Virus record (IMG/VR): IMGVR_UViG_3300030376_000674
Span: 1-53,522 of that record
Source: a virus
Lineage: Duplodnaviria > Caudoviricetes
Length of the DNA stretch: 53,522 nt
Direction: 5' to 3' (one strand)
Positions 18,752 to 28,476 of this stretch are shown here, piece by piece (within the stretch, counting starts at the first letter, position 1; every line of letters begins with the position of its first letter). Position numbers and translations under genes: made by a program. The notes under the pieces are model-generated. The model worked only from the letters and a program-made list of their open reading frames with translations, did no database searches and had not been told where the DNA came from.

Positions 18752-20640
18752 CCTTCACAGGCTATACATTCTACTTCGTCTAATTTTATTCTAGGTACTT
18801 TAATATTTACATTCTCTACATTTCTTGCAGCATTTGACCTGAAGTAATATAAAGATTTTAACTTATTCATACCGTACCAATGAACATCATTGACATACTG
18901 CATGTAGTCATCATGTATTTCCTGAGCCTCCGTTGTCTTAGGCAAAGTAAAAAATAAATTTACTGATTGTGCCTGGCATATATATTGTTGCCTTTGATAT
19001 GCATGCTCCACTATCCATATCTGATTTATTTCGTTAGCTGTTTTGAATATTTCTTTTTCTTCTTTTGTTAGTATATCTAGTTGCTGTACACTTCCTTCAT
19101 GTGCAGTAATACTTTTCCAGGTTTCTTCTAGTTTTTTTCCTCTAAGTTTTTTTCGTTTGAAGAGCTTTGCGAGGTATTTGTTTTTGACCTGGTAAGAGCC
19201 TGATAAAGTTTTGTGGGTATATGCATTAGCACGGTAAGGCTCAATAGAAGGACTAGTCCCACTACAAATAATACCAGAGCTAGCATTAGGAGCAACAGCA
19301 AGAAGGTTAGCATTACGAAGCTCCCCACCGTGTAAGTCAGGACATTCGCCACGTAACTCACAAAGTCTCTTAGAAGCTTCTGTGGCTGAAGTTTTAATAA
19401 AGCTAAATGCCTTATGGTTAAAGCTCGTAGCAAAGATGCTTTCAAACGGAATGTTTTTAGACTGGAGATAAGCATGGAAACCCATTGCTCCCAGACCGAG
19501 AGACCTTTCTCTATAAGCAGAGTAAGCAGACTTAGTAAAGCCTTCTTTGCCATGTTTGATATAGTTTTTAAAACGTTTAAAATTCGCAATGTAACCTCCT
19601 AAATGCTTCGTATCTACAGCATTCTCTATGTAGTGTTCAATAATATTATCCAGCATTGTTATCAAATCTTGAATAAACAATGGTTCTTTAGACCAGGTAT
19701 CAAAGTGTTCTAAGTTTACACTAGATAAACAACACACGGCTGTACGTTCTTCATCTGTAGGTAGTGTAATCTCTGAACATAAATTACTTTGTTTTATACT
19801 CAGACCTAATTCTTTTTGTGGCTCAGGAAGATTATCATTACATGTATCTATATTGACCATGTAAGGTTCTCCAGTCTCAGCCCTGGCATTTAATATTTGC
19901 CACCACAAGTCTCTAGCTTTTACAGTTCTTACTGCTTCTTTTGTTTTAGGGTCTATCAGTCTCCAGTCTGTATCTTCTTTTACTGCTTTGAGATAATCAT
20001 TAGTTATGTTGACTCCGTTATGTAGATTAAGAGATTTTCTATTTATATCTCCACCAGACTCTTTCCTGATATTTATAAACTCTTCTATCTCAGGATGTGA
20101 TATGTCCATGTATGCTGCATAACTACCACGTCTTGTAGTGCCTTGATTGAAGGCAAGCATTTGTGAGTCTACTACATGGATGAAAGGAATACTTCCAGTA
20201 GAACGAGAGCCATGAGTAGTAGATATGCCATTACTCCTAACATCCCCCCAATATCCACCAATCCCTCCACCTGAGCTTGCGAGCCATATATTTTCATCAT
20301 AATGAGCAGAAAGGCCATCCCTACTGTCAGGTACATAATTAAGAAAACAACTGATAGGAAGCCCACGGGTTGTGCCTCCGTTACTAAGTATAGGAGTGCT
20401 GAACATGAACCAGCGATTGGAACAGTACGAGTAAAGTCTTTGAGCCAATTCAAAATCCACTTCACCTTTGTATGTTGCTCCGAAGATGGAGGCTCTTGCG
20501 AATGCTTCTTGTGCATGTGTTTCATTATCCCATAAATATCTATCTTTTAAAGTATCTAAACTAAATTTATCAAACTCTTTTTCTTTATCATAATCTATTG
20601 TTATACCTAGATAAGGCTTTGTCCCTACTTTATCTTCCAT
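18748..20640 (-). CDS. nrdA: Ribonucleotide reductase class I alpha subunit (no ATP cone evident)
   Basis: FSTPILSN, PISCF, SNLCSEI, VCCLSS, LGLGAMG, APNASS, KSLYY, C-terminal CIACEG. Confidence 0.95.
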   Translation of the reverse strand: MEDKVGTKPYLGITIDYDKEKEFDKFSLDTLKDRYLWDNETHAQEAFARASIFGATYKGEVDFELAQRLYSYCSNRWFMFSTPILSNGGTTRGLPISCFLNYVPDSRDGLSAHYDENIWLASSGGGIGGYWGDVRSNGISTTHGSRSTGSIPFIHVVDSQMLAFNQGTTRRGSYAAYMDISHPEIEEFINIRKESGGDINRKSLNLHNGVNITNDYLKAVKEDTDWRLIDPKTKEAVRTVKARDLWWQILNARAETGEPYMVNIDTCNDNLPEPQKELGLSIKQSNLCSEITLPTDEERTAVCCLSSVNLEHFDTWSKEPLFIQDLITMLDNIIEHYIENAVDTKHLGGYIANFKRFKNYIKHGKEGFTKSAYSAYRERSLGLGAMGFHAYLQSKNIPFESIFATSFNHKAFSFIKTSATEASKRLCELRGECPDLHGGELRNANLLAVAPNASSGIICSGTSPSIEPYRANAYTHKTLSGSYQVKNKYLAKLFKRKKLRGKKLEETWKSITAHEGSVQQLDILTKEEKEIFKTANEINQIWIVEHAYQRQQYICQAQSVNLFFTLPKTTEAQEIHDDYMQYVNDVHWYGMNKLKSLYYFRSNAARNVENVNIKVPRIKLDEVECIACEG

Positions 20641-20893
20641 TGTTCCTCTCTGTATGTATGGCTATTATTGCATAATGTATTATTTTAAATAGCTCTTTTT
20701 CTTTTTCGTCCTTCTTCCCACATCGCATAGCATATTTCATTATGTTGCCAATACAAAAACCTTCACCGTGTCCAGCATCAATAATCATATCAGTTGCTTG
20801 GTACTTACCTTTTCCATAATGCTGGTCGTAAGTATTTCCAATATAAGCTTTTACTTCATTTAAGATTTTATCTTCACTAAACTTATAATTCAT
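20630..20893 (-). CDS. DUF3310 / T7 gp1.7-like small protein
   Basis: QHY...GFCIGNIMKYAMR.GKK...EL.KI..Y pattern. Confidence 0.7.
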   Translation of the reverse strand: MNYKFSEDKILNEVKAYIGNTYDQHYGKGKYQATDMIIDAGHGEGFCIGNIMKYAMRCGKKDEKEKELFKIIHYAIIAIHTERNNGR

Positions 20894-21234
20894 TAGAACT
20901 GTATTCCTGTATTAACTCCTAACCCTGAAGGTGTTTCTACTTTCTTTTCTAATAATAAAGTATAGTCTATATCTTCTAACTTATGTCCTTTCTTAACTAA
21001 AACCTTTATCTTTTGTTGTACCCATTTCAAAGTCCAGGCTGATAAGTGTAAAGTCTTTTGATGAAAGTAATGAGTTTGTGATGGTATCATTGTCATCATA
21101 TCTTTCTTCACTTCACTATCAACAACAGGCTTCATAGTGTTTCTTTCTTCTTCAGATAAGCATTCAAATCTTATCCAATCATACAACACTTGATAACTTT
21201 TCTTTCGTATAGCTTTTGCTTTTCTTGCATTCAT
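20893..21234 (-). CDS. Hypothetical protein
   Basis: 113 aa, coupled at both ends. Confidence 0.7.
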   Translation of the reverse strand: MNARKAKAIRKKSYQVLYDWIRFECLSEEERNTMKPVVDSEVKKDMMTMIPSQTHYFHQKTLHLSAWTLKWVQQKIKVLVKKGHKLEDIDYTLLLEKKVETPSGLGVNTGIQF

Positions 21235-22040
21235 ATCGTTGATGAGTCGTAATTCTTAACTAACTTCCAATAGGTTAATAAACTGTTAAACATTTCTACA
21301 TGTTTTATATGAGAGTCTTCGTCCCAGATGTGTACTAATGCTAAGTCTGTTTGCTCTCTGTCAACAAATACAGATACACGTTGAGGACTATCAAAACCAC
21401 AGCCCTGTGCATAAGCTGATAACTGCATACCATGCTCATCATATACTAATCTTGCTGGGTCTTTACCTTCCAAGCCGTCTTTGGTTTTAAAATCCACAAA
21501 GATACCTGACTTAGAATATAAGTCTATCTTACCACCATACCCTAAATCTGAGCAAAAAGAATCCTCAGCAATCCATTCCTCTTTTGGGAAGTGCTTGTCT
21601 AAAATTTTCTTTACGGCACGGTACGATTTGTTATTTGACTTACCTTCAAATCCTCTTTCAATTAGAGCATGTATCTTAGTACCCTGGGCTGCTGCCGTTT
21701 GACCTATGTCTCTTTGAGCAGTCTTGCATCTGTAAATAAAGTCTTCGTTTGACTCGTCCTCGCCTTGTTGTAATTCAATGGAGGCTTCAAGAGCTTTATT
21801 TATTTTCCAGTTTTCTAATGAAGGTTTAGCTACAATATTAAGAACCGTAGTTACAGAAGGTACTAGCCCTTCTTTCTTGGCATCTCTTAATGTTGTGTTT
21901 CTTTCTTTACCGTTTGCACCTATGATGGTGTAAGCTGGCGACCCCTCTCTGTCATACCAATGTCCAGCTTCCGATGTGAACTTATTATTATACACCTGAC
22001 TTTGCGATTTGTCGATAGGCTCTTCAGTTTTAGTCGTCAT
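21231..22040 (-). CDS. PD-(D/E)XK exonuclease
   Basis: PSVTTVL, GTKIHALIE, YGGKIDL, VDFKTK, QLSAYA. Confidence 0.85.
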   Translation of the reverse strand: MTTKTEEPIDKSQSQVYNNKFTSEAGHWYDREGSPAYTIIGANGKERNTTLRDAKKEGLVPSVTTVLNIVAKPSLENWKINKALEASIELQQGEDESNEDFIYRCKTAQRDIGQTAAAQGTKIHALIERGFEGKSNNKSYRAVKKILDKHFPKEEWIAEDSFCSDLGYGGKIDLYSKSGIFVDFKTKDGLEGKDPARLVYDEHGMQLSAYAQGCGFDSPQRVSVFVDREQTDLALVHIWDEDSHIKHVEMFNSLLTYWKLVKNYDSSTI

Positions 22041-22461
22041 TTTTTTGTTCCTTGTCTAGCTCTTCTTTAAATGCTTTGATGACATCGCTAGAAAAAAGCT
22101 TTTGTAAGTTGACAAGATACATCCTACTAGCATTATGGTCGCCCCCTGATACCGTCTTGAATGTATCTAATTGATTTACTATTAACTTTAACATGTTAGT
22201 ATCAAAAACAATAGTACAAAATTCTTTATCTCCTACACATAAATTATGAAACCAATAGTCTGATTCCGTTGCTCGTATACCAGATGGTTTACTCCAGGAC
22301 TCATACTCAATACAAATGTTTCCTGTTTCCATCCATCTTCCACGTTCAGATTTTACTTCTATCTTTTTGTTCTCTAACATGTCCCTAATTTTATCCTCTC
22401 GTATCTCTCCGTACTTCAAGTCTAGGTCAAATTTCTTTTGGTCTTTCTTAGTGGGTTTCAC
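22030..22461 (-). CDS. Hypothetical protein, restriction-endonuclease-like fold
   Basis: FD.DL.YG...E, IEVKSE, TGNI.IEY, SGI.AT.SDYW. Confidence 0.6.
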   Translation of the reverse strand: MKPTKKDQKKFDLDLKYGEIREDKIRDMLENKKIEVKSERGRWMETGNICIEYESWSKPSGIRATESDYWFHNLCVGDKEFCTIVFDTNMLKLIVNQLDTFKTVSGGDHNASRMYLVNLQKLFSSDVIKAFKEELDKEQKNDD

Positions 22462-24196
22462 TCCAGTTCCCTCCTACCTTATACTCAGCATCTAAAGGAC
22501 ACCTCATATTATAGTAATCAGCAGTTTCTCTTATTGCTTTTATCCCCATCTCCCCTACAAAGTCTGCTGTTTTCTCTGTAGTTTCTATCTGCCATTCATC
22601 GTGTACGTTGGCTACAATTTTGTAGTTGATTGTGTTTAACTCTAGTAAGTCAACTAATTTTACCAAAGCTCTTTTCATTACTACTGCTCCACCACATTGC
22701 AATAATGTATTTAAAGCAGCATGTTTATGTCTTAGTCTTATCTTCCTTCCGTCCAGGCCTTTTAAAAATCCTTTCCTCGTTGCTGATTCAACTCTGTTCT
22801 TAAGATTGTTAAATGATGGGAGACTACTGAGAAAAGACTCTCGCATTCTTTTACCTTCTTTTCTACTTCCTCCAATGATTTTTCCAATCTTTTCGTCTCC
22901 TGCTCCGTATATGAGGGCATAGATGAAAGTCTTTGCCTGGTCTCTTGATTCAAGTCCAGCAAGTTTTTGGTTAGCTGTGTGAATATCTCCATGTAATATT
23001 TCATTTATATACTCCTTATCTGCCATATAGTGTGCTAATAATCTAAGCTCCAACTGACTTGCATCTATACCTACAAGCCTGTTGCCTTCATCAACAGTCC
23101 AACATTGTCGACACTCCGTTCCGTATACATTGTGTATACTAGGAACTTGAGCCATGTTAGGATTGTTATGTGTCATCCTTCCAGTAATCGCACCGTTGCT
23201 AATTACATAACCATGAACCCTGCCGTCTTCTTCAACGGCATCTATCCAGGACTGTATCTGTGCAATTCGCTTCTGTAAAAGTAAATACTCAGCTATCAGA
23301 TTAGCTTCGTGTATGTGTTCTATTTTTTTTAACGTACCTTCATCTACGATAGGCTGTCCAGTAGGTGTAAACCTTTCAGGCTTCCATCCAAAATCTATTA
23401 AGTATTCTCCGATTTGTTTTCTACTACCTAAATTAAATTCTACTAATTGTTTTCTTATAAACTTATAATCTTTTGGCATGGGTACATCTGCAAACTTTTC
23501 TAATAGATTATTGTACTCATGCTCAGTCAGTCCTTGCTTAGATAACGTGCCGTCTTTTTTTAAACGTGGCTCAACTTCTTTTACATCAACCCACTTAGGC
23601 TTAAACGTTTCGTGTACTTCGTCTTCAACCTCCTTCCGTCTTGCGACTAGCTTACTAAGTAAAGACATAGCTTGCACCATATCAAACTTGAAGCCGTCTT
23701 TACGTTGCTGAGATATAATTTTAAAAACAGAATGTTCCAGGTCTACACATTCCTGAGAGAAACCTTTTACGTGTTGTTGTAAATGCTGGTAAAGTTTTCT
23801 GTTTAACCTTACATCTAGTACACAGTAGTCCAGCATTTCTTTACTGTAGATAGTAAAGTCTTCAGGTGGTGTCCCTTTGTTCTGTCCTAAAAGAAAGCCC
23901 CAGTTCTGTAAGCTATGGCCTTTCTCTTTGTTAGGATTTATAAGTCTTGATACAACTAAAGTATCAATAATTTGTTTATCAAATAAATCAACACCGTATA
24001 AATTTTTTATTACTGGTATATCAAACCCTAGTATGTTGTGTCCTATTAGGGTGTCTGCTTCTTGGAGATGTTTAATACCGTCTTCAATATGTTCAGGGTC
24101 AAAAGTTCTTTCAAATCCCTCTTCATCTATTGTTACTATACACCATATCTTAGTCGCCTTAAGGTCATCAGTCTCTATGTCGAAGACTAATTTCAC
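22448..24196 (-). CDS. polA: DNA polymerase family A, T7 gp5-like, with 3'-5' exonuclease
   Basis: FDIET, GHNILGFD, YC..DV; TGRMTH..PN.AQVP, DASQLELR, RDQAKTFIYALIYG, VHDEWQ. Confidence 0.95.
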   Translation of the reverse strand: MKLVFDIETDDLKATKIWCIVTIDEEGFERTFDPEHIEDGIKHLQEADTLIGHNILGFDIPVIKNLYGVDLFDKQIIDTLVVSRLINPNKEKGHSLQNWGFLLGQNKGTPPEDFTIYSKEMLDYCVLDVRLNRKLYQHLQQHVKGFSQECVDLEHSVFKIISQQRKDGFKFDMVQAMSLLSKLVARRKEVEDEVHETFKPKWVDVKEVEPRLKKDGTLSKQGLTEHEYNNLLEKFADVPMPKDYKFIRKQLVEFNLGSRKQIGEYLIDFGWKPERFTPTGQPIVDEGTLKKIEHIHEANLIAEYLLLQKRIAQIQSWIDAVEEDGRVHGYVISNGAITGRMTHNNPNMAQVPSIHNVYGTECRQCWTVDEGNRLVGIDASQLELRLLAHYMADKEYINEILHGDIHTANQKLAGLESRDQAKTFIYALIYGAGDEKIGKIIGGSRKEGKRMRESFLSSLPSFNNLKNRVESATRKGFLKGLDGRKIRLRHKHAALNTLLQCGGAVVMKRALVKLVDLLELNTINYKIVANVHDEWQIETTEKTADFVGEMGIKAIRETADYYNMRCPLDAEYKVGGNWSETH

Positions 24197-25848
24197 AATA
24201 GCAACTCCTGGTCATCTGGTTCTAGTTCTGATAAGTCTTGTTCAGCAAGTCTTCCTGTTTCAATATCATAGATTAGATTGGTGGCCAGGCCTACATCTCC
24301 AGTATATCTTGACTTAAGTATTCTTAATCTTGTTGTCCTGGACACTAACTCGTCATCACTTTGCTGGTTTCTTTCTAAAGCAATAACACAATCAGATAAC
24401 TGAGCAATACTGTTAGAACCTCTCAAGTGAGATAGAGAAACTTCTATACCATTCTCATGGCCTTTGTTTCCGTCTACTCTTCGTAGATGGCTGACCAAAA
24501 TAATACCTGCTCCTGTTTCTTCAACCATACTTCTAAGCCTGGTCATAATATTATCAATAGCTCTTCTCTCATCGCCTTCTCCGATGGCTGATACCAGCAT
24601 GTGCAAGTGGTCTACTACTACCCACTTACAATCACATCCTATAATTAGGTATCGAAGTTTTGAAAAAATAGACTCAATATCATTAGTACCAAAATGAGCA
24701 TGGACAAATACTCTGTCTCCGTTAAAAGTTCTATCATACATATCCTCCAATGTTTTCCTATCAAACTTATCTCTTTCTTGGTCAATGTATATCCTGGCAT
24801 TTGCTTCAATAGATAGCACTCCGTCAACTGTTCGTCTCCAGTCTTCTTCAAGAGCTATGATGCCTACATTGTCTGCTGTCTCATTGATAAGCCAATGTTC
24901 TAGTTCTCTGGTTACACTTGATTTACCTAGGCCTGTTCCACCTGTCAATGTTAGTAGCTCGCCTTGTCTCAAACCATATAGTTTATTGTTAAGTCCTTGC
25001 CATGGATATGGGACACACTCTTTCTTTTCTCTTTGAAAGAATTGTTCTTTCTTTTCAGATACCCTTATGATACCTGATGGAGTAAAGACCTGTGCATCCC
25101 ACCATGCCCTAACAAAATGCTCAAACTTTTTCTGCTTGAGCATATCATTAGCATCCTTAAACCCATTTGGTAAAGTCATTATCTTGGCCTTACCTGGCTT
25201 AAGAATAGAGGCAACCTCTTTAGATGCCTTGATGCCTGGAGCATCGCCATCAAAACAAATAACGATGTTATCAAAACTTTCTACATATTCTAAGTTTTCT
25301 TTAACATCTTTGACTGCCGATGAAGCTCCTCTCTTGATAGATACACAAGCCCACTTAGAACCCATAAGTTCATAAGCTGACATAGCATCTACCTCCCCTT
25401 CAGTTATGGTTAAAAACTTTCCACCTTCTTTAAATAAATGTTGTCCAAATAATCCTGTGCCTTGTATCTGTCCTTGACATAAAAACTTTTTATCCCTGGT
25501 GTATCTTATCTTGTTAGCTGTAAGCTCATGCTTAATATAGTAAGGATATATATGCTGTGCTATCTCTCCTTGACTATCATAAACAACCTTGACCCCAAAC
25601 TTCTTGGCCGTCTCAGCACTAATGCTTCTGTCTTTGAGGGATGCGAATGAAGCTCCGTGGACGTTTAACAAGGGAGCTGTCTTTGGTTCTGGGGTGTAAA
25701 ATTCATCTGTGTTCTGCTCAAACTTTGGGAAGAATTTGTCGCAACTAAAACATTTTGCTGACCCATCTTCGTTAACTGATAAAGCATCTGAACTATTACA
25801 TGCTGGACATGGTAAGTGATACTTCGTAAATTTGCTTTGTTCTTTCAT
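24193..25848 (-). CDS. Primase-helicase, T7 gp4-like
   Basis: Zn finger CPAC..CFSC, TOPRIM (EGEVDA, FDGD, KDAND), GGTGLGKS, VVDHL, LRGS.SIAQLSD; start moved to ATG 25848, which has a GGAGA RBS. Confidence 0.93.
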   Translation of the reverse strand: MKEQSKFTKYHLPCPACNSSDALSVNEDGSAKCFSCDKFFPKFEQNTDEFYTPEPKTAPLLNVHGASFASLKDRSISAETAKKFGVKVVYDSQGEIAQHIYPYYIKHELTANKIRYTRDKKFLCQGQIQGTGLFGQHLFKEGGKFLTITEGEVDAMSAYELMGSKWACVSIKRGASSAVKDVKENLEYVESFDNIVICFDGDAPGIKASKEVASILKPGKAKIMTLPNGFKDANDMLKQKKFEHFVRAWWDAQVFTPSGIIRVSEKKEQFFQREKKECVPYPWQGLNNKLYGLRQGELLTLTGGTGLGKSSVTRELEHWLINETADNVGIIALEEDWRRTVDGVLSIEANARIYIDQERDKFDRKTLEDMYDRTFNGDRVFVHAHFGTNDIESIFSKLRYLIIGCDCKWVVVDHLHMLVSAIGEGDERRAIDNIMTRLRSMVEETGAGIILVSHLRRVDGNKGHENGIEVSLSHLRGSNSIAQLSDCVIALERNQQSDDELVSRTTRLRILKSRYTGDVGLATNLIYDIETGRLAEQDLSELEPDDQELLL

Positions 25849-25854
25849 TGTGTC

Positions 25855-25945
25855 TCCAAATAGGTGCTGGGACAAGAGATGGAGAACAAATATACACTAC
25901 GATATAACTTACCCCAACACCGTGCTACTTTTATGGAGTAGCCAA
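25855..25945 (-). promoter_or_regulatory. Structured RNA leader upstream of primase-helicase
   Basis: Minus strand: hairpin GCTACT/AGTAGC, then 9-bp stem GGTGTTGGG/CCCAGCACC enclosing a loop with ATATTTGTTCTCCA. Confidence 0.55.
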
Positions 25946-25954
25946 CCATATTAC

Positions 25955-26182
25955 TTACTCGTCCTCAGTAGAGGTTTCTACTTTAGACTCAGGCGAGGCC
26001 TGACAAATGTCTTCCAAATTTTTACGATGGACTACGTTAGCTATCTGCAATGCTTCTCTTAGTATTTCAAGTGTAGATACTTTTCTTACTAAGACTTCAG
26101 CCTGCACTCGGCTATCTTTATTCTTAATGGCATTCGTATCATGCTCAGTCATTCCGTCTTGAGTTTCTATCTTTACAATCAT
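25955..26182 (-). CDS. Hypothetical protein
   Basis: 75 aa, GAGGAG RBS, coupled to SSB. Confidence 0.7.
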   Translation of the reverse strand: MIVKIETQDGMTEHDTNAIKNKDSRVQAEVLVRKVSTLEILREALQIANVVHRKNLEDICQASPESKVETSTEDE

Positions 26183-26619
26183 TAGAACTCCTCGCCACCT
26201 TCAACTGAACCCAGCTCATCGCCATCGCCACTTCTATAAGATACCAGGTCAAGAACCTGCATAGCCTGGAAGTCTAGCCCTTTGAAGTCGCCATACTTGT
26301 TGCTGGTTTCCCATTCTGCATACTGCACTTTGACTTCACTTCCATTCCCTACTACTTCGTCCATAGGAACTTTGTCTTTGTCAAAAAGTTTAGGGGCTTG
26401 TCTGGTTCTACCGTCAGCTCCATTTACTTTTCTCTTGATAGTGATTGCTCTGCCTACTGGCTCTTCGTTGATAGTTAGTTCTTTAACTTTATATCCACGT
26501 GCCTGGAAGTCATCAGCCGTCTTATCATCTACAACCAGGTCTACAGTATAGACTGGTTCAAACGTTGTGTTAGGGCTTGTTACTGAAGCCCAATAAGCTT
26601 TTCCACTTACTACTGCCAT
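26182..26619 (-). CDS. Single-stranded DNA-binding protein (gp2.5-like)
   Basis: G.AYWA.V..PNT.F, VGNGS.VKV, L..QAMQV.DLV.Y, acidic tail ending in Phe; upstream of primase. Confidence 0.8.
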   Translation of the reverse strand: MAVVSGKAYWASVTSPNTTFEPVYTVDLVVDDKTADDFQARGYKVKELTINEEPVGRAITIKRKVNGADGRTRQAPKLFDKDKVPMDEVVGNGSEVKVQYAEWETSNKYGDFKGLDFQAMQVLDLVSYRSGDGDELGSVEGGEEF

Positions 26620-26662
26620 ATATATTCTCCTAAAAAAATAATGTAGTTAGATTTAAACATAC

Positions 26663-26866
26663 CTATAAATTCAATGCAACTACTAAATCATTAAATTTAT
26701 TTTCGTCTTCTTTGAAGACAGAAACTTTAAAAATATTTTGATGTGCTTTATCTCCTTGAAGATGCTCCACCATATAACTATTGATACCATGTTCCGTATT
26801 ACAAAACTTTCTATACTGCTCGTAATTCATTTCTTTTGATATGAATATAGCTTTGTCTTTACTCAT
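26663..26866 (-). CDS. Hypothetical protein
   Basis: 67 aa in a co-oriented run. Confidence 0.6.
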   Translation of the reverse strand: MSKDKAIFISKEMNYEQYRKFCNTEHGINSYMVEHLQGDKAHQNIFKVSVFKEDENKFNDLVVALNL

Positions 26867-27027
26867 GTTAACTTAGCTAATAACTCTCTTAGCTTTGGTA
26901 AGTCATACCATCTACAATTAAAATACATTGTGCCTGTATCACTATCAACTAGATAGCAAGGCTCGTCATAAGTATTCTTGCTCTTGTATACGGTAAACTT
27001 TCCGATACTTGTAATATATAATTTCAT
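26863..27027 (-). CDS. Hypothetical protein, 54 aa (not in ORF track)
   Basis: MKLYITSIGKFTVYKSKNTYDEPCYLVDSDTG...; ATGA overlaps on both sides. Confidence 0.6.
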   Translation of the reverse strand: MKLYITSIGKFTVYKSKNTYDEPCYLVDSDTGTMYFNCRWYDLPKLRELLAKLT

Positions 27028-27245
27028 ACCTCTTCTCCATTCAAAGGTTTAGGGTCTAATGGCACTCCTTCTTCTCCATACAATGCATTAGACATATCTT
27101 CTTCACTACATGTAACTATCATATCTTCAGGCTTAGGTAACTCGTTGTTGTTGTAAAGATGAATGAAGAACTCTACTGAGATAGTTCTAACATCAGGCTC
27201 GTCTTGGCCTTCGTATCTTTTACATAAGTATAATTGATTTACCAT
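27024..27245 (-). CDS. Hypothetical protein
   Basis: 73 aa, coupled. Confidence 0.65.
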   Translation of the reverse strand: MVNQLYLCKRYEGQDEPDVRTISVEFFIHLYNNNELPKPEDMIVTCSEEDMSNALYGEEGVPLDPKPLNGEEV

Positions 27246-27550
27246 TAGTAACCCTGGGTCATGTGAACATAACAGTTATCCTCTACGTTCTTATAATAAT
27301 TTTCACTTAGCTTACGGCCACATAGACATGTGTCGTTGTCTTCAATAAAGTGAGGGTGAGACTTTCCAGGATAGGCCTGCAACTGGTTTACCTGGCTAAC
27401 TTCGCTTGCACTTATACGAGGATTATTTTTAATAGCACTTTCCTCAGCCTCTTGAAGTATCTCTTTCCCTCCAGAGTCCAGGGCTTGTTCATTAGATGAT
27501 GAACCTGCTAGTGTATAATTTAAATGACTTACACGTTTCTTTTCTGTCAT
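27245..27550 (-). CDS. Hypothetical protein with possible C-terminal metal-binding motif
   Basis: AGGAG RBS; CLCG...CYVH. Confidence 0.65.
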   Translation of the reverse strand: MTEKKRVSHLNYTLAGSSSNEQALDSGGKEILQEAEESAIKNNPRISASEVSQVNQLQAYPGKSHPHFIEDNDTCLCGRKLSENYYKNVEDNCYVHMTQGY

Positions 27551-27568
27551 CCCTGTTCTCCTTTAAAC

Positions 27569-28363
27569 TTATTCTACTACAATCCTAAAAGGAAGTCTAC
27601 AATCTCTTCCTTCAGGCTCTATTATCATAGCACTATCAAGTAAATACTTTTCTAATGCTTCATACAATCTTCTTCCTGTGTTGCCCTTACTATCAGTAAA
27701 GACCATGTTCTGTATCTCGCCTTCAATAACATCATAATTTAATACAACACTTGTTGTCATTGAGAAGTCTAGTCTACGGATATATCTGTCCAGGTTTACA
27801 CTTCTGTCCCTTTCTGGACATGCAAAGACTGGGGCTGGTTCTTGTATTGGTGGTTCATTAGGGGGTAAGTTAACCACGTCCAGCCCCTCTGCCTCTTCCT
27901 CTATCATTTCTCCGTTTTCAAACTGTTCTTCTTCAAAGGTAATAAAATCCTCTTCTGTAAATGGTTCGTCCATTGGTTCATCCATATTAGCTGGTGGTAA
28001 GTTGCCTGTCAGAACACCAAAGCCACCAGTAGCTGACAGCTCTTCTAGTTCTTCAGCCAGCATCTCCTGATTGCCTACAATCTCATTGATGTTTTCAACC
28101 AGCTCAACGTTGTATTCATCCATTTGTGATTTCAAAGTATTGATACCATCACGATAGACAGCCATCAACATTAAAACTTTTTCTTGTTTATTCGTGGCCT
28201 CCATCACTTGCTGTTGCATCGTATTATACTTTGCATCTAATTCATTCAACCTCTTGGTCAAATATTTTCTATCTTCTTCAATCAGATTAAACGATAAGAT
28301 TAATCCGAAAGACAAGCCACCTAGTAATAACGTAGCGATTATAGTCGTAACATAACTTTTCAT
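27569..28363 (-). CDS. Membrane-anchored coiled-coil protein with TonB-C-like terminal domain
   Basis: N-terminal TM, about 90-aa coiled coil, acidic/Pro linker, C-terminal pattern SVVLNYDVIEGEIQNM...SKG..RLYEAL...LPFRIV. Confidence 0.55.
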   Translation of the reverse strand: MKSYVTTIIATLLLGGLSFGLILSFNLIEEDRKYLTKRLNELDAKYNTMQQQVMEATNKQEKVLMLMAVYRDGINTLKSQMDEYNVELVENINEIVGNQEMLAEELEELSATGGFGVLTGNLPPANMDEPMDEPFTEEDFITFEEEQFENGEMIEEEAEGLDVVNLPPNEPPIQEPAPVFACPERDRSVNLDRYIRRLDFSMTTSVVLNYDVIEGEIQNMVFTDSKGNTGRRLYEALEKYLLDSAMIIEPEGRDCRLPFRIVVE

Positions 28364-28476
28364 TTCTTTCTCCTTTTACGTTTCATTTCATCTACTATCA
28401 TTGAACTTTCCCAGGCAAACCAGCCTGCTCCAATTAAAAATAATAGACCCAATAAATTATTTAGTATCTGTTCCAT
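28360..28476 (-). CDS. Small single-TM protein, 38 aa (not in ORF track)
   Basis: MEQILNNLLGLLFLIGAGWFAWESSMIVDEMKRKRRKK; ATGA overlap with next gene. Confidence 0.6.
   Translation of the reverse strand: MEQILNNLLGLLFLIGAGWFAWESSMIVDEMKRKRRKK

Noticed and set aside
19128-20535. Alternate-frame ORFs within nrdA (19128, 19414, 20172, 20302)
   Set aside because: Fully nested in a conserved gene with no motifs or RBS; the same applies to nested ORFs in polA, primase, portal and the cyclase
21231-22040. Exonuclease as Cas4 of a CRISPR system
   Set aside because: No four-Cys cluster, array or other cas genes; ordinary phage replication nuclease context
18748-24196. Introns or inteins in nrdA or polA
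   Set aside because: Both ORFs are continuous and of normal or compact length; no intein termini or homing endonuclease motifs
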